A stretch of 64,000 bases of DNA, from assembly GCA_963733675.1 (NCBI GenBank), contig CAVTET010000012.1:192001-256000 (forward strand), given 5' to 3'. The position numbers and the translations under genes are program-made. The notes beneath the pieces were generated by a model, which made no database searches, was not told the origin of the DNA, and saw only the letters and a program-made list of their open reading frames with translations. Shown piece after piece: positions 23,638 to 34,910 of the stretch (the first letter of the stretch is position 1; each line of letters opens with the position of its first letter). This DNA is from an uncultured Methanosarcinaceae archaeon (lineage in GTDB: Archaea; Halobacteriota; Methanosarcinia; Methanosarcinales; Methanosarcinaceae).

Positions 23638-24321
23638 TTCAAAGTTAGACTTTTTTAGTTCCCGGCCTTTTCTTTAATTTTTGAAAATTTAGATAAACTC
23701 CTAATTTAAACGGGTTGTTTATAGGCGATGTAGAAATCGGCTATGTGGACAAAAATCTCAAATTAGCTATCAAAATTCCTAATTACGAGTTTTGATCTAA
23801 CCGTGTGTAATTTCTTAAAGCTTGATTACTGTCGCTTTCAGAATCAACGAGTGTATACCCACATAATTACTTCTTCAAAAACCAAATGACTATATTTTTT
23901 AGTATACTCTTAAGCTTATGAGTTGTAATAATGCAAAAAATAGTAATGGAAAATTAACGTTGTGCACAGGCATAGTTTTTTTGTTATATAAACCTGGGTA
24001 TAAGTAAAAACAACAAAAACAGAAACTTTTGCCAGCATAATCATTAAATTTGTATCACGCTTTTTGCAGTGAAATAAAAAAATGATCTACAGATGATACA
24101 TCTAAATCTTGAGAAGAACTTGATATCGGTGAATTCCTTTTTATCGGGTTCCCTTAAGAAAGCCATGAGCTCTTGATCATCCCACAAGATTCTTCATAAT
24201 GCATTCTAGGATAGCAAAACTAAATCATTAATTTCACTGGCAATTGATTGAAATCAATCAAAGATCCAGAAATAATGAAAAATGTCTTATTTTTTATCAT
24301 TGATTGTTTAGAATGAGTAGA

Positions 24322-24359
24322 GAAAAAATTTGGAGACCAGAAAATAAAAAAAGTCTCCA
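24322..24359 (-). terminator. Hairpin plus T-tract downstream of fdh
   Basis: TGGAGAC-N15-GTCTCCA (24331-24359) followed on the minus strand by AATTTTTT. Confidence 0.5.
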
Positions 24360-24383
24360 GCTTACCACTGTCTATGATTGACA

Positions 24384-25583
24384 TTATGCTCGGAACCGGG
24401 ATGCTTCCTCCGAGCCACCTGTGGTATCACCTTCGGTATACGAACGGGCACCAGTCCCTGCCAGCTTTCCGTGGTCCACGATTAAATACTCTTCGCGGAT
24501 CTGGCGTCCCTCCAGCCAGCATTCCAGAATCTCTCGAGTACCTGCCGCGTATCTTGCCTGTGCTGAGAGTGATGTGCCTGAAGTATGTGGTGTCATGCCA
24601 TGATGTGGCATCGTCCGCCAAGGGTGATCCTTCGGCGCAGGCTGTGGGAACCAAACATCACCTGCATAGCCTGCCAGATGCCCGCTCTTCAGCGCCTGTG
24701 CCACAGCATCTCGGTCACATATTTTCCCACGAGCACAGTTCACAAGGTAGGTTCCCCGTTTCATCTTGCTGATAAGCAAATCGCTAAACATGTTCTCCGT
24801 CTGCGGATGCAACGGTGCATTAATCGTCACTACGTCGCACAAAGGCACCATCGACTCAACATTTGAGTGATATTCCGCATTCAACTCCTGTTCCACCTCC
24901 GCCGGCAACTGATGCCGTTCAGTGTAGTGAAGTTTAACGCCGAACGGCTTCAGTCGCCTGAGAACTGCCTCTCCAATGCGACCTGCACCGACCGTACCCA
25001 CCTGCATTCCCTCTAGGTCATACGACCGGGAAATTGCATCCGCGATGTTCCAGCCTCCACGTATTACCCATCCATAGGCTGGGATGTAGTCCCTCACCAG
25101 CGCCAGGATCATCATAACCACGTGCTCGCTTACGCTGATGCTGTTCGAGTAGGTCACTTCCGCTACCGTCAGCCCGTGCTCTCCTGCCGCCTGTAGATCA
25201 ACATGATCCGAGCCGATTCCAGCGGTAATCACCAGCTTTAGTTTACGACCTTTCTTAATTCTGTCGGCAGTTAAGTATGCAGGCCAGAAAGGCTGCGAAA
25301 TCACCACGTCTGTGTCAATAAGCTCCCTTTCGAACACACTGTCCGGCCCGTCCTTGTCAGAAGTTACCACTAAAGTATGCCCAGCTGCCTCCAGGAACTT
25401 CCGCAATCCAAGCTCGCCAGAGACGCTGCCAAGTAACTCTCCAGGCAAGAAGTCGATATCATGGGGCGTAGGTACCGTCTGACCATTGGGATACCGCTCT
25501 ATTTCCGGTATGTCTTTTCGTGCATACGACGGCGGATAGCCCGTTACCGGGTCGTCGTACAGTACACAAAGGATTTTCACCAA
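24384..25583 (-). CDS. fdh: NAD-dependent formate dehydrogenase (metal-independent, D-2-hydroxyacid dehydrogenase family)
   Basis: KILCVLYDDP, LLGSVSGELGLR, ISQPFWPAY, GIGSDH, GAGRIG, NCARG, GDVWFPQPAP, TPHTSG; GGAGTGA RBS. Confidence 0.95.
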   Translation of the reverse strand: MVKILCVLYDDPVTGYPPSYARKDIPEIERYPNGQTVPTPHDIDFLPGELLGSVSGELGLRKFLEAAGHTLVVTSDKDGPDSVFERELIDTDVVISQPFWPAYLTADRIKKGRKLKLVITAGIGSDHVDLQAAGEHGLTVAEVTYSNSISVSEHVVMMILALVRDYIPAYGWVIRGGWNIADAISRSYDLEGMQVGTVGAGRIGEAVLRRLKPFGVKLHYTERHQLPAEVEQELNAEYHSNVESMVPLCDVVTINAPLHPQTENMFSDLLISKMKRGTYLVNCARGKICDRDAVAQALKSGHLAGYAGDVWFPQPAPKDHPWRTMPHHGMTPHTSGTSLSAQARYAAGTREILECWLEGRQIREEYLIVDHGKLAGTGARSYTEGDTTGGSEEASRFRA

Positions 25584-27579
25584 AAGAAATCACTCCTTCT
25601 CTGCCACAATGACGAGTAAGAGCGATCGAAAAACGTTCCATAACTGAAAGTTGATACACTCAGGGATGTTTGATCAATTTGTGTAGATTTCATCTTTTTG
25701 TCTCCTGTTATGTAACCATTCAGCTTAAAGAATACAGCATCAATAACCATCTTTTATCAAAATTTTCTTGACAAATTTCAATGAATCCGTTTTTGTAACT
25801 GCTGGATATTGACTATGTTTTTTGTACATTAATAAACAATTTTGGATGTATACTATATCAAAATTGATATCAATTAATTGTTTTCAATAGGCTGAACGGT
25901 TATGTTTGGTTTATGTTCCATTCCCTGTGAGCGCCTATTTATAATTTAGGAGTTGCACATTCTATAATCAAATTAAAGAATAGCAAAGCCTAGTGGAAAT
26001 ATAAATTTAGGAGTTCGATAAATATCTAGTCATGTCAGTGATTGATTGAAAATCTTATGAATAAAATTATTTCTATAGAACTTATGACAAACCTAGTATT
26101 CTTCAAACAACGGGCACAAGATATGAAAGTACTTGAAAGTGCTTTCATACCAAAGTTTGGGTATATTAATCTTTTATAAGATTAATAATTGACAAACAAT
26201 ACTCTTTTATTTAAAACTTTAGAATGATGTACAAATAAATATCTATATATTGTTTAGATAGTATATGTTTAGGTCATCGACTAATACAAGATGGTGGTTT
26301 CAAGATGAAATCTCCAATGCTACTTTGATTGTGTTTCGATACTTTTGCCACACTACAGCACTACAAATGCCATCTAAACGAAGAAAGGCCATGTATAAAT
26401 ACTTTGAAATAAAAATCTCTAGTAATTTAAATTAGAAGATCTGATATTTTTTAATTATTTGTTTGTTGGATATCTGATTCCAATAATAATATAATATTAC
26501 CATAACTTCCAATTGAATATAAATCTCGTCGGTTTCTTTGTTTATCTTCTCAAAAAAATTATTTTCCCTTCTTAGTAATAGTCTAAATAATTTATTTAAT
26601 TTTTAATGTTATTTAGCCAACTCTATGAATATATACATAAAGTCTAAGAATCAATCAATACCTTATGAGAACTTCCTCTGGAGAGACTAGGGGAATTACA
26701 CTACGGTTCAATAACAGTATATATTTAATATACATAAATTTTGTGACAAAATCTCTGTATTTCTACCGTTTTAGATCTGATCTGTCTTTCTTTTCTATAC
26801 TTTTATGTTTGTGAGTGAGTGTAGGGTTAATAGTGCAGTAATGTAATTGGCCGTTGATGTTAAGAATATACATTTACTTTACTTTAAAAACAAGGCATCA
26901 GTGAGAACAATAGACACAAGAACGTTATCAATAGAACTATTGGTACTATATCCTACTTTTTTGAAAACCCAATTCATTTAGTGACTATCTAATCGATTTT
27001 TTAGTGATTAATTAGACTTCCTATTGTCATCGAACGAGAACACTATCCAGCGCCTTATTAGCCTACTCCATGCTATATTTACTACACTTTACTACAGAGC
27101 ATAAACGTCTTCGTAAAATGAAACAATACTTGTTTGGAGATAGACACTATTAAAAACAAAGAAACAAATGAATCAAAAAACATTCTGTAATAAAATCATT
27201 ATTTATATAAAAATGAAATCGAGAAATTCAAACGTGCTGTGGAACACTGAACAACTGCAGGTTGTGATTTTGTATAGAAAAGATAATATTATACTTCAAG
27301 GAAAATACTATACAAAAATCTATCAATTCGGAGAACTATTACTGTTTTGAGACAGCCAATACGCTGCCCAGACCCCTAAATTTTGCAGCCCCTACTCATA
27401 GTTTTAAGTAACTACCCACGATTATACTACAATTGTTAATTAATAGTAATTTTAAGTGCTTTTACTCCAAGGTCTCCTTCTCTAAAATGTATAAATATAT
27501 AAATATCGTATGTACATGCTTCCCTGGTGTCTAACATTGACCTCACACTTCTCTGAATCATTAGTAAAGTGAAAAAGCC

Positions 27580-27678
27580 ATGCAAAGAATATATTTTGAT
27601 AATAACGCAATCACTAAGGTCGGTAAGGAAGTTCTGGATGCTATGTTTCCATTCTTTTCTGACAATTACGGAAATCCA
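27580..27678 (+). pseudogene. N-terminal fragment of cysteine desulfurase (IscS/NifS)
   Basis: [33 protein letters not shown] matches the IYxDxxAT...YGNP N-terminus; homology stops at the PolA fragment 3' end. Confidence 0.8.
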
Positions 27679-27682
27679 TTTT

Positions 27683-28020
27683 TCACTCCTTTTTCCAAAA
27701 ATCAGCAACTGTGACTTCGGCAATATAAGGAATATTCTTCAAGAAAATGCTTCCTACTCTCTCCATTTCATTTTTTACAATTGCTGCTACTTCATCCGCT
27801 TCTTCTGCCTTACACTCAAAAACTAACTTGTCATGCACAGAGTTAATTAATTTTATTTTTCTTGGCTCGAGTATTAAGAACAGATTACTCATTGTTATTT
27901 TAAGTATATCTGCACAAAGTCCCTGAACTGGAAGATTTTTATCTATATTCTTTATTTTATAATCTTCTTCTTTTTTATTGGGATCTCTTGTTTTACGTAT
28001 TCTTCCAGCAAGTGTCCGTA
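27683..28020 (-). pseudogene. C-terminal fragment of a family A DNA polymerase
   Basis: RTLAGRIR...KNLPVQGLCADILK...LINSVHDKLVFE...VTVADFW; motif C HDE changed to HDK. Confidence 0.82.
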
Positions 28021-28063
28021 AGTTACTGATTATATTTGAATAATGGACACTTCCAGATGCTCT

Positions 28064-28543
28064 CTATCTCTGCTGGTCAATCCCGATCTTCTCCAGGTAT
28101 ACTAGTTCAATTTGGTTGCTCAATGATTCTCGCTTGAACTCCTGGTATCCTAATTTATTATAAAGATAAAGGTTTTTAATGCTATGTGATCCGGTGAAGG
28201 GTTCAAATCGATCTACATCTCGGTGCATAATCTCAATCTCTGTCAGCAAATGGGCACCTAATCCTTGATTTTGCCATTTCGGGTGCACAACCAGCCTGCC
28301 GATATGACAAGTCGTGCCTATTGCGCGAGCCCGTACAGATCCTATAATTGAGTGCTTGCTAACAGCTTTGAGAAAGAGATGAGTACTGAACTCATTTTGT
28401 ATCTCTTCGACGGTCTGAAGTAAAAGGGATATGGTCCAGTCATTGTAAATCTGAGCTTCGCTCTCGTATGCCAACTTCTGAAGATCTAAGATTCCGATTG
28501 CATCCTCAGGGGTTGCCCTAAAACTTTCAATATGTTCAGCCAT
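28064..28543 (-). CDS. GNAT acetyltransferase
   Basis: IIGSVRA, IGRLVVHPKWQNQGLG acetyl-CoA motif, NLYLYNKLGY; ends in TAG. Confidence 0.88.
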   Translation of the reverse strand: MAEHIESFRATPEDAIGILDLQKLAYESEAQIYNDWTISLLLQTVEEIQNEFSTHLFLKAVSKHSIIGSVRARAIGTTCHIGRLVVHPKWQNQGLGAHLLTEIEIMHRDVDRFEPFTGSHSIKNLYLYNKLGYQEFKRESLSNQIELVYLEKIGIDQQR

Positions 28544-28935
28544 GTTTTTTATCTGTTTAACTTTTCACCTATTATATAAAATATTAATTTAAACTACAGT
28601 TCTTATTGTATTCTATTTTGTAGCTCAAAAGCGTGAGTCCTGTAAATAAGATGCACCATTTTTTTGTCCTTGTAAATACACTCTTCTTTCCATATATATA
28701 TGAAATTTCGTAAACACTTATATCATGCCCGCTTTTCAAATGGAAAAATAAATTTCACTGTGAATTCAGTAATATATCTGATATAATCTAAAAAATATTT
28801 CAAAAGTTTATCAATCTACAGACATTCATTTTCTCTTTTGAAAGCTGCCGAGAACACAGAAAATGAGATATCCTAGGCTTTATAATGTTCGTTCCTATAT
28901 ACTTCTTATTAAAAGTGAGTCTCCCGTATTATATA

Positions 28936-29230
28936 TTCTCATTAGTTCCCAATTAGTCCCGCTATTTTCCCATTATATTCCCATTAGAAATAATATAAAA
29001 ACAATAACAAGGAACTTAAAATCATAAAAAAAAGGGGAATTATGTTCCCAAAATAAAAAAATGATATATGATTTTTTAAAATAATATCCTAAATATTAGA
29101 ATGTCAAAAAGTGAAATTTTCTATTTCTGTCTTGGATTTTTGGGATTTTGGGAATAAAATGTCAACTGACTACGTTTCAATGGGAATATGACGGGAATAT
29201 TTTGGGATAAATGGGAATAGTATGGGAATA
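28936..29230. repeat. Inverted iteron-like clusters (putative replication origin of an integrated element)
   Basis: (T/G)TCCC at 28946, 28956, 28967, 28978; GGGA(A/T) at 29142, 29150, 29182, 29193, 29204, 29213, 29224; central GGGAA-TTATG-TTCCC at about 29035-29049; AT-rich spacer. Confidence 0.6.
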
Positions 29231-29257
29231 AAAGAATCAGTTGCCTTTGTACCCTGA

Positions 29258-30584
29258 TCAAGTATCCTTCAGGAAGATAAACTCCTTATTAAATAGTGAC
29301 CAAAAATTGAACTTTGATTCATCTATACTGAACTTAATAGCCTTTCTCCCACTACTGCTTATTAGCGTTTCTCCATTTCTTTCATATTTTGTATCTGTTT
29401 CTTCTTCCATTTTTAATCCCTTAATCTTGTCAAGGAGTCCCCCAGCTTCTCTGTCTTTCCTACCAACTAAGGCTCGTTTCACGCTTTGATATTTAATACC
29501 TGTGTAGCTTGATATATCATTAATTGTGCATTTCCCTTTACTTGCTTTATATTGGACTATCTGCCTCTCATTTTCGTTCATTTTTGTTACTGTGTTCTCT
29601 TTTTGAGCTTCGAATAACCTTTTAGCTCTTTCGAAGTTTTCAAGCTCAGCTAGTAAATATCCGTCCCCGTCAAAGATTCTCTGCTTCCATTTGAAGGCAG
29701 CAAAACCGCGAATCATCAAGGAACATTGGGAATATACGTGAATTACTGGTGTCCTGTAGGCCTATCCTGTCCACAAAGGGTATTATGACCTTGAATAAAT
29801 TATTTTTAATTTCCCCATACATTCGTCTGCATATGAGTACTTCAATGTTTATCTCCTGCCCAGTTCCACCGCTCGCAGCCTCATGTTTCTGCACATCAAA
29901 TATCCTTTTTTTCTGTTCGGGACTACTGTCAGCATCAAAGGTAAGTTGACGATTAAGCAATTGATCAGATACAAAGCTTTCAACACTTGTTAAGTACCAA
30001 TTTATACGGGATGGAATTACCAAAGATATTTGTTTTTGATCTTTAACCGTTGTATAATAAGTTTCTTCCTGAAAGTTCGTTGTAGCTTGTTTTATTACTT
30101 CTTCGAATGCAGGTTCAGGATCCTTATCGTCCGAAAAAATGATGATACCAGGAGCTAAATTCATGTAGTAAGCAGCCTTCGCACTTAACCCGGTTACACG
30201 TTTCCATTTTTTAGGAATCAAATGTAAATGCGCTTTTACTCCATGTGATTTACCAGAGCCTGAAGTCCAATTTACTGATATCTGCAAACCTGCAGTATTA
30301 AGACAACACTGACAAGCTATTGATACGCATATTGCTTCTTGTGTATCCCGGTATCCGACATGCTTTTTTGCTATCGTGTTTAGGATAAAGTCTATAGGGT
30401 CACTTTCTCTTAATATCCTGTCTGCTTCTTCTTCTGCCTGCTGGATAAGTTCTGGGCTTAGGTCCATTTCATCATAGTTTATATTTAGGGGATTATCTTT
30501 TTTTGCTTCTGGCTCAATAAAATAAACTCTAATTAATCTCGCAGTGAAATTATTCGTAAAATGGCTGAAGGTTAGTAAGCGCAC
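29258..30584 (-). pseudogene. Mobile-element P-loop replication ATPase/helicase with C-terminal wHTH, frameshifted
   Basis: Walker A WTSGSGKS (first G apparently mutated), Walker B IIFSDD, QLLNR Arg-finger-like, TINDISSYTGIKYQSVKRAL HTH; two overlapping ORFs joined by a frameshift near 29670-29719. Confidence 0.7.
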
Positions 30585-30979
30585 GTGACTAATTTTGCCA
30601 CATATTTTGCTGTCTCCTTCGTGACAGAAATAGACTTTAACTTTGTTACTAAGATCTCCTTTATGGCTTTTTTTGGTCCTGTCACTTCAATTTATTTTTT
30701 ATTGCTCAAGGTCTACATCTGAGTCTGTTATAATAAATATATAAGTTCAAAAATATACTCACAAAAAACTACAAAATAGTTGAGTGGATAATATGCATAA
30801 TTTCGACTCCAGAGCTCTAAAATATTTTATTTCCTGGAGCCAATTGCAAAAAAAATGAACTAAACTCAATAATCATTCGAAGTATAGTAAATCGGAATTA
30901 CTGAGATTGCCTTATAGGCATGAATTGCATCCATCCATATAATCCTTTTCTACTAGAATTATCCTTAAATCTGATTTAT

Positions 30980-31240
30980 TTACCTGTACAGAACCACGAT
31001 CCTGCCGCGAACCTCTATCAGTGTTGATCTTGTGGCATATGCAATTTTTTCTGCAATAGCTTTCAAGTCTTTTCCTTCTTCAGCACTCTTCAGTACCCTT
31101 ACCTTCACAAGCTTTTTAGCTTTCATCTGCTTATTCAATTCTTCAATTAAAGTATCGGTTACCCCATTTTTTCCGATTTTTAGAATAGGGTCAATTAGGT
31201 TTGCTTCAGATTTCAATTGGTATAATTTTTTCTTCTCCAT
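30980..31240 (-). CDS. yhbY: YhbY/CRM-domain RNA-binding protein
   Basis: PILKIGKNGVT, LVKVRVL, VRGRIVVLYR; start placed at MEKKKL. Confidence 0.9.
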   Translation of the reverse strand: MEKKKLYQLKSEANLIDPILKIGKNGVTDTLIEELNKQMKAKKLVKVRVLKSAEEGKDLKAIAEKIAYATRSTLIEVRGRIVVLYR

Positions 31241-31959
31241 TGTCCTTCCTCGCACTGATAATGATAAAACTCCTACTACAACTATGAAATACTTCTATTT
31301 CTACCAACGAAAATTTTATAACTGCTAAGAAGAAACTATTTACTTCTGTAAGCTCTTTACCATTGAACCGTATTTTTCCTCTTTCTCATCAGTACCTTTA
31401 TTCAAACTTAATGCCACAATGTAGGTATATAAAACGATTTCTCTTTTTTCTCATCAGCATATATGTCAATGTTTACTGATAAACTTAGAAGCGATAAGAA
31501 AATATTCTTTTCAAAATATACATTAATTTTTCCCACCATCTTCTCCTAAAATTATGGCATTAAAGCACAAGATTCTATTTTGTATACTCTTGATATTTAT
31601 AACAATTTGCTATATAGTTGTGGTAATTTCCTTTGACAGAGCAATAGTTGCCTTTGGATATATACTTGACTTCTTCTTTCGGTTAACAATACTTTTTTAA
31701 CCTACCATCTTTCCTGCTGCTGTATGAACAATCTGCATTTGAGTACACCTTGCTAGCAATGATACTCTTTTTGTAATTCCTCCGTTGTGAAATCAATCGC
31801 AAAATGTTATATATTCGGAAAAACTCCAACCTATGAAGCAAGTTTATTTCCTTTTAATCAGATTTTTTTCTACTATGTTTCATTAGCCTTTTATTTTAAA
31901 GATAGCTTCAGCTAGTTTTGAAATACTTCTTTTGTTTTCAGTGTTGTCAAAAGATAGAG

Positions 31960-32600
31960 ATTATTAAAAAAGCTGTACATAAAATCTCCATATTAACTCT
32001 TTTTTACCTTTCCCTGTTTTTGCTTCATTTTCTTGAGATTTATCTGCTTTGTATATCCAGGCTCTGAAAGCATAACAATAGAAACATGAATCAATGCCTC
32101 CTTTATTTTCAAATAAGGCAATTAAGCTGGCTATAAACCTGTCCAAAATTTATTCTTCTTTGCAGTTATCAATTATTCTTTTTATGGATCATAAGATGTT
32201 GTACTGCCGATATTTAATAAGGGAAATCAAGAAATTTTCTGATAGAAATTCAACCATTACATTGTTCCTCAAGTTCAGAGTCGAAAAGACCATGCTAGTA
32301 TTGTAAAATAGGCATTTTAAACATAAAGATTGCATCAGCTTCAGAGAGCCTCTGAAACTGTTTTGTTAATAATACATGAACTTAAACGTGGTATGAAAGG
32401 ATTTCTTTCAATTAATTAAGGAATCAATTTTAGCAAATTTGTCTCCAACTATTTGAAGATGTTTGCATTCTTCATAAAGAGCAAAATAAGTAATATTTTT
32501 CATGATATTTTTCATGAATAAAAATTACTGTTGAGAGATTTAAACTATGCTCTCGTTTAGAGAAATGAGATCAAACAAGAATCGACGAGTTATAAGTTTA
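31960..32600 (-). mobile_element. Highly decayed IS5-family remnant
   Basis: Minus-strand fragments IVGDKFAKIDSLIN and IDSCF...ADKSQENEAKT parallel the 16706-17760 remnant. Confidence 0.5.
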
Positions 32601-33280
32601 GATAAACAAAGCGAGTTGTTTGAAGCATATCCTATCCTTTAGTAAAGGTGATGGCTGCAATTAATTTTACAGAGATTTGAGGCCAACAAAATAGATGGAA
32701 TTGTGAGATGCAATCTTTTAAGTTTTTGCATTCTGAAAGACTTTCTTTTTCCTTGACAAAAAATTATTAATTACTTGGTTTAATAACTTGAAAAAATACA
32801 AAGCCTAAAATCAATTGCTTAGAGTTGTACAAAGAATAACGAAACTTGAGTATAAAAAGGAAATAGTAAATTAAAATAGTAAGTTGAAATAGTAAATGAA
32901 AAGTAACTATTCACCTACAAAAATCATTTGTTAATATCCATTTTGACACAACAGAAACTTCTAATCTTTAGTGATGAGAAATAAAAAAATTATCAATAGC
33001 CTACAGTTAAAGGAAACAAGCCCATCAGAATTTGTTCAATGAATTTTAGTAAAGATGGCTAAAGATATTGTTTTTTCAGGCTTAATAATTATTTTCAAAT
33101 AAAAGTAAAAAAGTGAATGAACATAAGAAATTTGACATTATATTTATGTACACAGATGTAGAATTCATTTACCTATTTAGCAACTATTATTCGTCGAAAG
33201 TTAGTTTAATTTTTAAGTTACTATCACATTGAAGAATAAACAACAAATGAATGTAGGATATTAAAGTAAAAAATGTAGAT

Positions 33281-33362
33281 GACTTCGATAAATCTCTGAG
33301 TTTTGCTAGTTATCGTACACTATATAGGCGGATGAGGAAATATAGGAGTTTATCGAAATCTT
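33281..33362. mobile_element. MITE (family B)
   Basis: GACTTCGATAAATCTC ... GGAGTTTATCGAAATC inverted ends about 80 bp apart. Confidence 0.55.
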
Positions 33363-33477
33363 CTGTGGTGAAGGCAAAAGAGCAAATTAATAAAAATGGA
33401 TGAAGGTAGGTTTGGATAGAATCAAAATTAGGTTCGATACGGATGGGATTAATGAAATAAAAGGGGTTTGCAGGATC

Positions 33478-33996
33478 ATGAAAAAACAACTTGAACAGCG
33501 TTTAATTGAGCTCAGGAAAGAATATGAAGCTGGGCAAAAAATAATGGAAGATATCAATTTAAAGCTTGTAGAACTTGAAAACAGGAAAAATAGCCTGAGT
33601 GAGACTCTCCTTAGGATTAGTGGAGCAATTAATCTACTCGTAGAAGTATTGGAAGGCAGTGAGGATGCACATGAGCAAATGATTAAAACAGTTTTAACTT
33701 ACGATGGTACTATAGAGGTCCCAAATGTTGTGAGACAGGCCCTTGAAAAGGCCAAGGAAAGTCTGAAAGAAGCAGGACTCGCAACAGGAACAGTGGTCGA
33801 ACAAAAAGGTATTCTTCCGATAGGTGTTATGGCTGGGGAAATTATCAGACAAGAACCTAAACAAGGAACAAAATTACCAGCAGGTTCAGCTGTAAATCTT
33901 GTAGTTGCGGCAAAAGGTAAATATCTACAAACAGTTGACAAAAAATTAATATATACTCCATATTCCGGCTGCAACTGTGAGCAAAAAAAGGAATGA
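33478..33996 (+). CDS. Coiled-coil plus PASTA-domain protein
   Basis: N-terminal MKKQLEQRLIELRKEYEAGQK...TLLRISGAI; C-terminal VPNVV...AKESLKEAGL...GEIIRQEP..GTKLPAGSAVNLVV PASTA pattern. Confidence 0.75.
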   Translation: MKKQLEQRLIELRKEYEAGQKIMEDINLKLVELENRKNSLSETLLRISGAINLLVEVLEGSEDAHEQMIKTVLTYDGTIEVPNVVRQALEKAKESLKEAGLATGTVVEQKGILPIGVMAGEIIRQEPKQGTKLPAGSAVNLVVAAKGKYLQTVDKKLIYTPYSGCNCEQKKE

Positions 33997-34389
33997 TATT
34001 AAGGTCTATCTAAATAAGATTGACGCTTACCTTAGCAACTCAAGAAGCTAATCCAGGAATTGATCTATGTTTTTGGTTTTCTTGAGAGCTTAGAGACCCA
34101 TGTACCTTTTAGGTTCTTTTTGAATAGCTTCTAAATAATTATTAAGTCGTTTCAAAAGTTTGATTAAAAGTAGTGATATGTATGTAAATATATGGGATCT
34201 TTAATCCCTATATTAGGCGATTACGCCAGTTTTCACTGCGATTTCATCCAGAATGAAAAACAGCGGTAAGATGGATAGAAAAAATTGAAAAGCCAGATAA
34301 AAGTCTGAAAGATCAAAATTGCAGTTGCTACTAAACTGCAAGCAACTGGACATGTTCTTACTACAGTTATGAATATAATGGGATTATTC

Positions 34390-34910
34390 AATATAATATA
34401 TTATAATTTGTTCATGTTTTTCTGATCTTTCCTTATTTTCAACATAGTTTTTGATGACATCATGAATTTTATCATTGACAGCAGTTACCACACTACCTAC
34501 TTCACTCTAAAGTTCACTACTGAATAGTGTTTTTAATATTAGATTTTTTTAAAAATTTTTCATTATGTGATATTTGGTATTATCTGCATTACCCTTGAGA
34601 GAGAATATTTTGTCCATCACCAACGAAAAAATGGACATGATATTTTCAGTAATGATTGTATCAAAGTCAAAGCAGTACCTTTTAACAATTTCAAAGCATA
34701 AATCCGATTTCAATACTCAAAATTTCAGATAAACTCTCAAGTTTTAGGATATTTAGCCTAATTATATATATTAATTGTCACATATAAATGTTTATCAAAA
34801 TACTCCTTTGATTATGCCATTGGCCAGAAAAAATTTGATGATAATTCGTACAGAATTAAAATCTATGTGATATCCGATTTTATAAACACAATGATTTGGA
34901 TTCCGTAGTT
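34390..34910 (-). mobile_element. IS200/IS605 tnpA remnant
   Basis: MELRNPNHCVYKIGYH, CFEIVKRYCFDFDTI, KYSLSRVMQII, DVIKNYVEN fragments. Confidence 0.65.

Noticed and set aside
29035-29049. GGAA-N5-TTCC as an NrpR operator
   Set aside because: The NrpR consensus is GGAA-N6-TTCC and the site lies inside the iteron region, not before a nitrogen gene.
31370-31460. Two CTGATGAG...GAAA motifs on the minus strand resembling hammerhead ribozyme cores
   Set aside because: The intervening sequence is all purines, so stem II cannot form, and no stems I/III are evident.
32860-32907. 13-bp tandem repeat GAAATAGTAAATT, about 3.5 copies
   Set aside because: Low-complexity intergenic minisatellite with no associated gene or structure.
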